Shown here one piece after another: positions 52,648 through 61,099 of a stretch of 64,000 bases of DNA (position 1 is its first letter; the number at the start of each line of letters is the position of its first letter). Made by a program: the position numbers and the translations under genes. Under the pieces are notes generated by a model. That model was not told the origin of the DNA and did no database searches. It saw nothing but the letters and a program-made list of their open reading frames with translations. Origin of the DNA: Deltaproteobacteria bacterium YD0425bin51 (lineage in GTDB: Bacteria > Desulfobacterota > Desulfobacteria > Desulfobacterales > YD0425bin51); the NCBI GenBank assembly GCA_002753225.1, contig PDZS01000013.1, positions 20,167 to 84,166 on the forward strand, written 5' to 3'.

Positions 52648-53622
52648 ATGCAAGAAAAGGAACTGCAAAAAATTTTAATTGTTGATGATGTAACAGAAAA
52701 TATTAAGATTCTTATAGAACTGCTAAAAAATGATTATGTAACTTTTTTTGCTAAAAATGGTAAAACAGCTTTAGAAATTGCTAAAACTAAGAAGCCTGAT
52801 CTGATCCTTCTAGATATAATAATGCCAGAAATGGATGGTTATGAAGTCTGCCAAAAGCTTAAATCTAACGAAACCACTCATGATATTCCAGTGATATTCA
52901 TTTCTGCAATGAATGAAGTAGGGGATGAAACTAAAGGACTTGAAATTGGAGCTGTGGATTATATAATAAAGCCTATAAGTCCTCCGATAGTAAAAGCAAG
53001 GGTCAAAAATCATCTTAAACTGCGTTCAGCTATGCAGGAATTGAAACGACTTTACAGCATGGCACTTGATTCTAATCCTATGACAGGATTGCCCGGCAAC
53101 AACAGCATTGCAAGAAGAATTGAGAAAGCTCTAAATGAAATGGAAAATTTAGGAGTGATATATTCTGATTTGGATAACTTCAAGGCATTCAATGATAAAT
53201 ATGGTTTTGCACTAGGCGATAAAGTCATTTTGTTTACTGCGAAAGTGTTAGAAAAAGCCATATCCTCAGCAAATATTTCAGATCCTTTTATAGGTCATAT
53301 TGGAGGCGATGATTTTGTTGTGATTGTTCCTTCTGACAAAATCGAGACAGTTTCAAGTGAAATAGCACGAATCTTTGATGAGGGTGTTATCCAGTTTTAT
53401 ACACCTGAAGATGCTTGTTCCAAATACATATGTTCTATTAATAGACAGGGGGAAAAGGAGACCTTTCCTCTAATGTCAATTAGTATGGCAGGAGTAGATT
53501 TGTCCCATAACTATTATAAACAATATATTCAAGTAAATGACGCCTTAGCTATGATTAAAAAAAAATCTAAAGCTGTACCAGGAAGCAGTTTTATAATGGA
53601 TCGAAGGGTAGGGAATAATTAG
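52648..53622 (+). CDS. Response regulator REC - GGDEF-like domain (GGDDF variant)
   Basis: The start is set at ATG 52648 (RBS GGAGG). REC domain (ILIVDDVTENIKIL...LDIIMPEMDGY). Cyclase-like domain with SDLDNFKAFNDKYGFALGD and HIGGDDFVVIV. Confidence 0.8.
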   Translation: MQEKELQKILIVDDVTENIKILIELLKNDYVTFFAKNGKTALEIAKTKKPDLILLDIIMPEMDGYEVCQKLKSNETTHDIPVIFISAMNEVGDETKGLEIGAVDYIIKPISPPIVKARVKNHLKLRSAMQELKRLYSMALDSNPMTGLPGNNSIARRIEKALNEMENLGVIYSDLDNFKAFNDKYGFALGDKVILFTAKVLEKAISSANISDPFIGHIGGDDFVVIVPSDKIETVSSEIARIFDEGVIQFYTPEDACSKYICSINRQGEKETFPLMSISMAGVDLSHNYYKQYIQVNDALAMIKKKSKAVPGSSFIMDRRVGNN

Positions 53623-53682
53623 TGGCTATTTTCAGCAACCTATGATTTTTTTTCAAAAGGGGGCTATAATTTGAAGGAGATT

Positions 53683-54063
53683 ATGATGGTTGATGGCATG
53701 TTTTTTATTGCTTTTTCCCAAGATTTATTTGATAAGGATTTTTTTTTGAATAAGTGTGGACATAATTTTCACATCGCTGTAAAAATCATAGACAACTTTT
53801 TAGGTGAGTATCCAAAATCTTTGCTTTCAATCCGAAATGCATTAGAAAAAAAAGATGCAGATGAATTAAAGATATCAGCTCACAGTTTTAAGGGAATGAT
53901 TAGCTATTTCTCTTCATATCTTGCTGCACAAGCATTAATACTTCAAAATATTGGAATTTCTGGTGATCTGTCTAAAGCTTTCCATGTATTTAATGAAATG
54001 GAAAAAAATGTTGAACAACTTATTAAAAATTTAAAAGCTTTTGTTGAAGAATTAGGAATATAA
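53683..54063 (+). CDS. Stand-alone HPt phosphotransfer protein
   Basis: ISAHSFKGMISYF (HxxKG) within a ~125-aa helical protein. RBS AAGGAG at 53674. The stop is 2 nt before the next start. Confidence 0.7.
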   Translation: MMVDGMFFIAFSQDLFDKDFFLNKCGHNFHIAVKIIDNFLGEYPKSLLSIRNALEKKDADELKISAHSFKGMISYFSSYLAAQALILQNIGISGDLSKAFHVFNEMEKNVEQLIKNLKAFVEELGI

Positions 54064-54065
54064 AT

Positions 54066-56639
54066 ATGTTAAAGCGTTTGAAATCATTGTTTAAAAAATC
54101 TGAAAATAAACATTCTGTAAAACCGGAAATAATGAATATTTTTAGAAAAAAATATGCTAATTTCAAGGTTTTACTTGAATCAAATTCTGAACTTCTAAAA
54201 ATAATTAGCGATATTGAGGAAAAATTAAGCGGAGAGCATATATTCAGCATGTCTTACATTCAATCTAATTCAGCTCGCGCTATTTTTCATACAGCAAAAA
54301 TGCTCAAAAGTTTTGAAGATTTGTCAGACCGTAAATATCCTGTCTTTATGGAGCTTTTGGACAGTATTCAGACAAATATAAAAAAGATATTGGAATATAA
54401 GTCAGCTAAAATATCAGAATACGTTTTATCGTATCCCCACTTAAATAAAGATTCTCTAGATTTTGTCGGAGGTAAAAATGCAAATCTTGGAGAAGTAAAA
54501 AACAATGTAAATCTTCCTATTCCTAAGGGTTTTGCAATAACAACTACAGCATTTGAGGAATTTATCAAAGCAAACGATTTGATGGATGAAATTCAGAAAC
54601 AAAGAATGGAACTTATTCCAAATGACTTAGAATCAGCAGCCAGCGTAAGTGAGAATATCCAAAAAATTTTTATGGCAGGACATCTTCCTAAGTCAATAGA
54701 AGAGCCTATTTTAAATGCTTATGAACAATATATAGACAAAGATAAAAAAATAAAGGTTGCAATGCGCAGCAGTGCTATTTTGGAAGATGGCGAATATTCT
54801 TTTGCAGGCCAATATTTAAGCGTTTTAAATGTCCCTTATGATAAAATTATTGAAGAATATAAAAGAGTTTTATGCAGTTTATTTAGTCCAAGAGCAATGC
54901 TTTATAGACTGCACATTGGTATTCCATTCGAAGAAGCAGCTATGAGCGTTGCTTGTCTGGAAATGGTTGATGCTAAATCCAGCGGAGTTATGTATAGCAG
55001 ACATCCTTTTAATCTTTTGGAAAACAATGTTATAATAAATGCTGTTTGGGGTGTTGGAACATATGTTGTTGATGGAGTTGTAACTCCAGATACATATATT
55101 TTATCAAAAGATCTGCCTCCTGTTCTTCTAGATGTAAAAATTTCAAAAAAGTCAAAGCAAGCAAAAACAGATTATAACGGATATATTGCAGAAGAACAGG
55201 TTGAATTAGAAAAGCAAAATATTCCTTGTCTTACAGAGCAGGAAGCAATTAAACTTGCTGAATATGCAATAATACTAGAAAAACATTTTCAATCTCATCA
55301 AGATATTGAATGGGCAATAGATCAAAATGGGAATATTAATATATTGCAGACTAGACCTCTTAAAATTTCTGTTGAAAAAAGCAAGTTATTATCAATCAAA
55401 CATTTAGAAGGATATAAAACACTTCTAAACGGTGGAAGCATTGCATGTCCTGGAGTCGGTTTTGGACCAGCATATCATGTTCACTCAGAAAAAGATCTTC
55501 TTGCCTTTCCTGACGGAGCCATTCTTATTGCTGCACACTCCTCACCTCAATATGTTATTGCAATGCAAAAAGCTCAAGCTATAGTAACTAATGCTGGAAG
55601 TGTTACAGGGCATATGGCGTCTTTAGCTAGAGAATTTAATGTTCCGTCTTTACTTAATACTGGGTCTGCAACAACAGTAATTAAACAAGGGGAAATGATA
55701 ACAGTGGATGCTTATTCAGGCCGTGTTTATTTGGGAAAAGTGCCTGAGCTTCTTGAAATGAGAATACAAAAAGGCTCATTTATGAAAAATAAGCCAATAT
55801 ATCAAATTCTTAAAAAAATAAGCCAATATATTATTCCATTAAATTTAGTTGATCCTAAATCTCCTAAGTTTTCTCCATCAAATTGCAAAACTGTTCATGA
55901 TATAATGCGCTTTTTCCATGAACTCTCTTATATGGAGGTTTTCCAAATCAGTGATTTTAGCACTGATTATGGTAAAGTTTCAGTAAAGCTTAATATTCCA
56001 CTTCCTATAGATTTATATATTATTGACTTAGGAGGAGGGCTTAATATAAGTGATAGAAAATCTAAAGTAAAGCCTGAACATATTTCTTCAAATCCTTTTA
56101 AAGCACTAATGACTGGAATGTTGAATAAAAAATTGAAGCCGTTTGAGCCTAGACCAATAAATATAGGGGGATTTTTCTCTGTAATGAGTCAGCAGATGCT
56201 GTCTCCTCCAAATTTAGCAGTTGAAAGATTTGGAGACAAAAGTTACGCTATTGTTTCAGATAAATATCTTAATTTCAGTTCCCGTGTTGGTTATCATTAT
56301 AGTGTTTTAGATAGTTATTGTGGTCAAACAGCAACTAAAAATTATATTAATTTTCAGTTCAAAGGAGGAGCAGCAGATGAGCTTCGTAGAAACAGGCGAG
56401 TCAGACTTATCGAAAAGATCTTAGAAGTTTTAGGTTTTTTAGTTGAAACACAAGGAGATAGAGTTACAGCTCGTTTTGCTAAACAAGAACCTGATACAAT
56501 TTCTGAGAAATTAGATTACTTAGGAAGATTACTCATTTTTACAAGACAGCTAGATATGCTTATGCACAGTGAAAACAGCGTAACTCAGCTTTCTCAATGT
56601 TTTCTGGATGAGCATTATGACTTAAGCAATTTAAAATAA
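54066..56639 (+). CDS. PEP-synthase/PPDK-like phosphotransferase (ATP-grasp PPDK_N + swivelling phospho-His domain) with unassigned N- and C-terminal regions
   Basis: GGKNANLGE, MRSSAILEDGEYSFAGQY and DIEWAIDQNGNINILQTRP (nucleotide-binding domain). TNAGSVTGHMASLAREFNVPS (mobile His domain). The last ~300 aa do not resemble the PEP/pyruvate TIM barrel by eye. Confidence 0.75.
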   Translation: MLKRLKSLFKKSENKHSVKPEIMNIFRKKYANFKVLLESNSELLKIISDIEEKLSGEHIFSMSYIQSNSARAIFHTAKMLKSFEDLSDRKYPVFMELLDSIQTNIKKILEYKSAKISEYVLSYPHLNKDSLDFVGGKNANLGEVKNNVNLPIPKGFAITTTAFEEFIKANDLMDEIQKQRMELIPNDLESAASVSENIQKIFMAGHLPKSIEEPILNAYEQYIDKDKKIKVAMRSSAILEDGEYSFAGQYLSVLNVPYDKIIEEYKRVLCSLFSPRAMLYRLHIGIPFEEAAMSVACLEMVDAKSSGVMYSRHPFNLLENNVIINAVWGVGTYVVDGVVTPDTYILSKDLPPVLLDVKISKKSKQAKTDYNGYIAEEQVELEKQNIPCLTEQEAIKLAEYAIILEKHFQSHQDIEWAIDQNGNINILQTRPLKISVEKSKLLSIKHLEGYKTLLNGGSIACPGVGFGPAYHVHSEKDLLAFPDGAILIAAHSSPQYVIAMQKAQAIVTNAGSVTGHMASLAREFNVPSLLNTGSATTVIKQGEMITVDAYSGRVYLGKVPELLEMRIQKGSFMKNKPIYQILKKISQYIIPLNLVDPKSPKFSPSNCKTVHDIMRFFHELSYMEVFQISDFSTDYGKVSVKLNIPLPIDLYIIDLGGGLNISDRKSKVKPEHISSNPFKALMTGMLNKKLKPFEPRPINIGGFFSVMSQQMLSPPNLAVERFGDKSYAIVSDKYLNFSSRVGYHYSVLDSYCGQTATKNYINFQFKGGAADELRRNRRVRLIEKILEVLGFLVETQGDRVTARFAKQEPDTISEKLDYLGRLLIFTRQLDMLMHSENSVTQLSQCFLDEHYDLSNLK

Positions 56640-56709
56640 TTTTGGTTCTTCAATCTTTTTTGTGAAAAGTAGTTTAAAATGATAAATTTACTAAAACCTA
56701 ACCCCCCAA

Positions 56710-56749
56710 CCCCCTTCCCTCGAGGGAAGGGGGAGCGCATTATTTTTTT
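56710..56749 (+). terminator. GC-rich perfect 12-bp palindrome followed by T-run (candidate terminator)
   Basis: CCCCCTTCCCTC|GAGGGAAGGGGG (56710-56733), then GAGCGCATTATTTTTTT. It is strikingly GC-rich for this genome. Confidence 0.5.
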
Positions 56750-56787
56750 GATGCACTTGCCCTGTAACGTCATTATAATAGGATTGA

Positions 56788-56931
56788 CAGGTCACAGTAT
56801 ATAAAGAGGATATAGACAGATTCAAGCTTGCTGGCATGAATGATTTTGTTTTAAAGCCAATAAATCAGAAACAGCTTTCAGAAGTTATTGAAAAAACGCT
56901 TGGTTTTAAAATTTCAGAGAACCACATGTAA
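56788..56931 (+). pseudogene. 3' remnant of a receiver-domain gene
   Basis: The open frame after a TGA at 56785 reads QVTVYKEDIDRFKLAGMNDFVLKPINQKQLSEVIEKTLGFKISENHM*, the alpha4-beta5-alpha5 end of a REC domain. I see no upstream REC sequence, start codon or RBS. Confidence 0.5.
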
Positions 56932-57030
56932 ATGAAGCAAGTTAGCCTGTAGTAATATACAGGTAATAAAAATAATGCTAAAATAAAGATCGAAAAAATA
57001 ATAGGTTTTTCTATTTTAGGCCATTTTTTA

Positions 57031-58578
57031 TTATTCATGGACAAGAATTTCACTTATTTTACAAAGAAGAGCAGAACGGTAAATAGGTTTTTGGATAATT
57101 TCATACTGGCTGTCTATACCTATACTTTTAGGTAAAACATCTTTGCTGTATCCTGTTAAAAAAAGGACAGGAATATCTGGTTTGATAGTTTTTATTCGTT
57201 CAAAAACTTTATGTCCGCTTAGTTTTGGCATTACAACATCAAGCAAAGCAAGCTTTATCTCCTTCTGATATTTTTCAAAAAGTTTAATTGCTTCTTCTCC
57301 ATCTTGAGCTGAAATAATTCTATAACCCGCATTTTCAAGAATACTGACTGTCAATTTTCTAACTTCTTCCTCATCTTCAGCAATCAAGATCATTTCACCA
57401 AGTCCTGCACAGGGTTTTGTTTTTGTTTCCTCGTTATCTTCGGAAATAGTTTTATTTTCTGCAGAAGGAAGATATATTTTGAATAAGGTTCCATATCCTT
57501 CTTCGCTGTATAGATGAATCAATCCATCATGAGATTTGACAATACCATAAACTGCTGCAAGTCCAAGTCCAGTTCCTTTCCCAACTTCTTTTGTTGTGAA
57601 AAAAGGCTCAAAAACATGGTCTTGAATTTCTCGTGGAATACCGCATCCGTTATCATATACTGTCATAAGTACGTAATTTCCGGCTTTTGCCCATGGATGT
57701 TCTTGGCAATAATCAGAAAATAAGGAAATATTTTCAGTTATAATTCTAATGCACCCTCCGTCTGGCATTGCGTCTCTAGAATTTAAGCACATATTTATCA
57801 AAATCTGCTCAATCTGTCCTGGATCTGCTAAAATTGAATAGAGATTTGATCCTGGATGACATTCTAAGGTGATATTCTCTCCAATCATCCTGCTTATCAT
57901 TGTCATTACATTGCCAATAAGTTCATTCAGGTTTATAAGTTTAGGTTGCATGGCTTGCTTTCTACTAAAAAGGAGGAGTTGACGTATAAGATCTGTTGCT
58001 CGCCGTGACGCTTTTTTAATACTATTTGCATATTTAATAAAATTGCTTTTGGGGATAGCTTCATCTAAAATCATTTCAGTATAACCTATAATTACCTGAA
58101 GTAAATTATTGAAGTCATGTGCCACGCCTCCGGCTAACTGTCCAACTGCTTCCATCTTTTGAGCTTGGCGCAGTTGAATTTCAAGTTTTATTTTATCTTT
58201 TCTAATTTCAGCTTCACGAAGTTCTCTTTGAATTGCTGGAATAAGACGTGATAGATTATCTTTCATAAGATAGTCATGAGCACCAGCTCTCATAATTGAA
58301 ACAGCAGTTTCTTCACCTATTGCTCCAGATACTACAATAAAGGGAATATCACGGCCTGTAGTTTTAAGTATCTGCAATGCAGCAGGGGCATCAAACTGAG
58401 GCATAGAATAATCAGATAAAATGATATCCCATTCTTTTTCTAAAGCATCATTCATCTCTTCACTGGTTTGAACCTGCTTAAAGATAGGAGCAAATCCTGA
58501 TTTCTTAAGCAAACGAATTATTAATTCTGCATCGCTATCAGAATCTTCAATAAGTAATACACGAAGTGAAGAAGCCAT
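57031..58578 (-). CDS. REC - HisKA - HATPase_c - REC hybrid histidine kinase
   Basis: N-terminal REC (VLLIEDSDSDAELI...SDYSMPQFD). H-box GGVAHDFNNLLQVIIGYTEM; DNGCGIP, GTGLGLAAV. C-terminal REC (ILIAEDEEEVR...LDVVMPKLSG). Confidence 0.85.
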   Translation of the reverse strand: MASSLRVLLIEDSDSDAELIIRLLKKSGFAPIFKQVQTSEEMNDALEKEWDIILSDYSMPQFDAPAALQILKTTGRDIPFIVVSGAIGEETAVSIMRAGAHDYLMKDNLSRLIPAIQRELREAEIRKDKIKLEIQLRQAQKMEAVGQLAGGVAHDFNNLLQVIIGYTEMILDEAIPKSNFIKYANSIKKASRRATDLIRQLLLFSRKQAMQPKLINLNELIGNVMTMISRMIGENITLECHPGSNLYSILADPGQIEQILINMCLNSRDAMPDGGCIRIITENISLFSDYCQEHPWAKAGNYVLMTVYDNGCGIPREIQDHVFEPFFTTKEVGKGTGLGLAAVYGIVKSHDGLIHLYSEEGYGTLFKIYLPSAENKTISEDNEETKTKPCAGLGEMILIAEDEEEVRKLTVSILENAGYRIISAQDGEEAIKLFEKYQKEIKLALLDVVMPKLSGHKVFERIKTIKPDIPVLFLTGYSKDVLPKSIGIDSQYEIIQKPIYRSALLCKISEILVHE

Positions 58579-58595
58579 AATTATTTATCTCCTCT

Positions 58596-59024
58596 TTAAA
58601 TTTTGGGTGGAGGTTCGTTTAAAATCAGCCAATACATTCCCAATGCTCGAATTGCCTCTGAAAATTGCTTAAAGTCAACTGGTTTGCGGATATAACTATT
58701 AACTCCATTGTCATAACAGGCTGCAATATCTTGTTCTTCATTAGATGAAGTAAGTACAACAATAGGTATCCTTTTTGTGCGGCAATCAGAACGGATACGC
58801 CTCAAAACTTCTATGCCGTCTATTTTAGGAAGTTTCAAATCAAGTAGGATGAGTATGGGTAATGTTTTAGATTCTTTGCAAGTATTAAAAAGATAATCAA
58901 TAGCTTCCTGACCGTCTTCAGCTATAATTAATTCATTACCTATTCGGTTTTTCTCAAATGCCCGTTTTGTAAGATCAATATCGCTTGGATTATCTTCGAC
59001 CAGAAAAATAGTTTTTGAATTCAT
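58596..59024 (-). CDS. Single-domain response regulator
   Basis: IFLVEDNPSDIDLT...LLDLKLPKIDG...VVLTSSNEEQDI...NSYIRKPV. Confidence 0.9.
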   Translation of the reverse strand: MNSKTIFLVEDNPSDIDLTKRAFEKNRIGNELIIAEDGQEAIDYLFNTCKESKTLPILILLDLKLPKIDGIEVLRRIRSDCRTKRIPIVVLTSSNEEQDIAACYDNGVNSYIRKPVDFKQFSEAIRALGMYWLILNEPPPKI

Positions 59025-59039
59025 TTTTTTCTCCTAAAT

Positions 59040-61091
59040 TTATAGGGTAAAATAAAAAGTTGCACCTTGATTAACAGCCCCTTCAGCCCAAATTCGTCCT
59101 CCGTGTCTATGAATAATTCGTTGAACAATTGTAAGACCAATACCTGTTCCAGGAAAATCTTTGGTTTTATGAAGTCTCTGAAATGCGCCAAAAAGCTTTC
59201 CAACATAAGCCATATCAAAACCAACCCCATTATCTTTAATATAAAATATCTGTTTGCCAATATCCTCAGGTCTGATTTGATGATCATCAGATTTAAGTTT
59301 TCCGAATTCGATTTTAGATATCTGTTTTTTGCTTGAAAACTTAATTGCATTATCTATAAGATTTATCAAAACAATAGAGATCATACCTTCATCTGCTTTG
59401 GTTTTTAAATCAGGATGAATGATAAATTCAATCTCACTATTTAAGTTTTTTTCCTTTAGTGTATAAGAAGTTTTATAAACTAGTTCAGAAAGATTAATCA
59501 AATTTGTCTGCATCTCAGTTCGGGTAAGGCGTGACAATTTAAGCAAATCATCAATGAGTTGACCCATGCGCTGGGCCTCTACTCTTATTCTGTAAATATA
59601 TTTGTGTCCCTGTTCATCAAGATTACTCCCGTAATCTTCCATAAGTGCCATGCTCCATCCGTCAATACTGCGTAAGGGTGCACGTAGGTCATGTGAAACC
59701 GAATAAGAAAACGATTCTAGTTCCTTGTTTGTCAATTCCAATAGAGCAGTACGTTCTTTAACCCTATTTTCTAGTTCTGTGTTTAGTTGGCGTATTTGTT
59801 CTTCCGCTATCTTACGATCGGTAATGTCTATAGCGTATAATGCTACTTCTATGACATTTCCAAAAGCGTCAAAAACAGGATATAATACAACATCAACCCA
59901 TGAACTTCCACGTTGACTTTCAACACGTTTCGGATTCCCTGAACATAAAACGCTTTCAATCCATTCTTTGCGTTGTTTTCTACCTTCTTCAGGAAATAGC
60001 TCTAAAATATTTTTACCTAATAGTTCATCTTTGGGCAGATTAAAAGTAGCAGCAAAAGTCTTGTTTAATTCTATTATATTAAACTGCCGATCAATGACAT
60101 TAATATTTGCAGTTGTTGCATTTATAATGGCACTTAATCTTTCCCTTTGCTCAAGCAGCTTATCCTCTGCCAACCTTCTTTCCTGAATTTCAATCTCAAG
60201 GCTTTTTGTCCGAAATGCAACCTGCTTTCTTAGAGAAAATGACCATAAAAGGAGAATTAAACCGATAAATATAAAAGTTATAATTATTCCAAGAAAATAT
60301 TTCAAAATGTATTTCAAAGAAATATCTCTCTGTTCAGGCAAGCCAAACCATTTTTCGTAAATCGTTCTGTACTCTCCTGTCTGATTAAGGATAAACAGAC
60401 CTTCTGTGAAACGAGATAAAAGCAGATAATTCCCTTTTTTAACTACATAACAGTTTTTTAAAGGTTCAAGTGATGGTCCTACTGTTTTTATATTTGACAG
60501 ATTAAGTTCCTTGACCCAGTATAAGCCTGGAAGCTGTGCAACTAGTGCATAATCACCCTTTCCAGATGCAAGCATAAGCAGAGCATCTGACGGTTTTTCA
60601 GTAAGCAAAAGTCTTTCAGTTAAATGATTTCTTACAGCATAATCATGCATTATTTCACCCCGCATTATTATTATTTCCTTATTACGGAGCTCTTCTATGG
60701 AATTGACAGATGGAGAATTTTTGCGTGCAAAAATTGCATCACTTATAATGCTGAAAGGTATTGAAAAATCAAACAATTTGGCACGATCTTCAGAATAAAA
60801 CATTCCAAGTATAACATCTATTTTACGATCTTCAAGAGCTTTACGTGCTTCAGCCCAAGGGGTAAGTATTATTTTGATATCTATTTTCATGGTTTTTGCA
60901 ATAGCTTGAGTCAGTTCTACGCTAAAGCCTGCTGGCTCCCCTTTTTTATCTAAAAAGCTGAATGGAGGGTAATCAAATTCTCCGCCAACAATGATATATT
61001 TTTTTTCAAAATCTGCTGCAATAGAATATGATATTATGTTGAGTATACAAAATATTGGAATCACCAATATCATGAATTTTAACTGTTTCAT
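59040..61091 (-). CDS. Sensor histidine kinase: periplasmic family-3 solute-binding (PBPb) domain - TM - PAS - HisKA - HATPase_c
   Basis: Signal peptide, then a PBPb-like domain (YIIVGGEFDYPPFSFLDKKGEPAGFSVEL...), a TM helix and a PAS domain. H-box SHDLRAPLRSIDGW; DNGVGFD, GTGIGLTIVQRI. Confidence 0.85.
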   Translation of the reverse strand: MKQLKFMILVIPIFCILNIISYSIAADFEKKYIIVGGEFDYPPFSFLDKKGEPAGFSVELTQAIAKTMKIDIKIILTPWAEARKALEDRKIDVILGMFYSEDRAKLFDFSIPFSIISDAIFARKNSPSVNSIEELRNKEIIIMRGEIMHDYAVRNHLTERLLLTEKPSDALLMLASGKGDYALVAQLPGLYWVKELNLSNIKTVGPSLEPLKNCYVVKKGNYLLLSRFTEGLFILNQTGEYRTIYEKWFGLPEQRDISLKYILKYFLGIIITFIFIGLILLLWSFSLRKQVAFRTKSLEIEIQERRLAEDKLLEQRERLSAIINATTANINVIDRQFNIIELNKTFAATFNLPKDELLGKNILELFPEEGRKQRKEWIESVLCSGNPKRVESQRGSSWVDVVLYPVFDAFGNVIEVALYAIDITDRKIAEEQIRQLNTELENRVKERTALLELTNKELESFSYSVSHDLRAPLRSIDGWSMALMEDYGSNLDEQGHKYIYRIRVEAQRMGQLIDDLLKLSRLTRTEMQTNLINLSELVYKTSYTLKEKNLNSEIEFIIHPDLKTKADEGMISIVLINLIDNAIKFSSKKQISKIEFGKLKSDDHQIRPEDIGKQIFYIKDNGVGFDMAYVGKLFGAFQRLHKTKDFPGTGIGLTIVQRIIHRHGGRIWAEGAVNQGATFYFTL

Positions 61092-61099
61092 TTCTTTGC

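Noticed and set aside
56865-57053. 62-aa minus-strand ORF overlapping the REC remnant and the stop of the hybrid kinase
   Set aside because: No RBS is present. It overlaps the 3' end of a supported gene and runs antisense to the remnant. Its hydrophobic content is plausibly due to AT-rich sequence. Evidence is insufficient.
59021-59350. Alternate-frame ORFs 59021-59350 and 61006-61302, which resemble each other (MLESFLAHFRDFIKPK.. / MLKSFLEHFKDFIKPR..)
   Set aside because: Their similarity is a by-product of the nucleotide-level duplication of the two kinase 3' ends. The kinase frame carries the real HATPase motifs.
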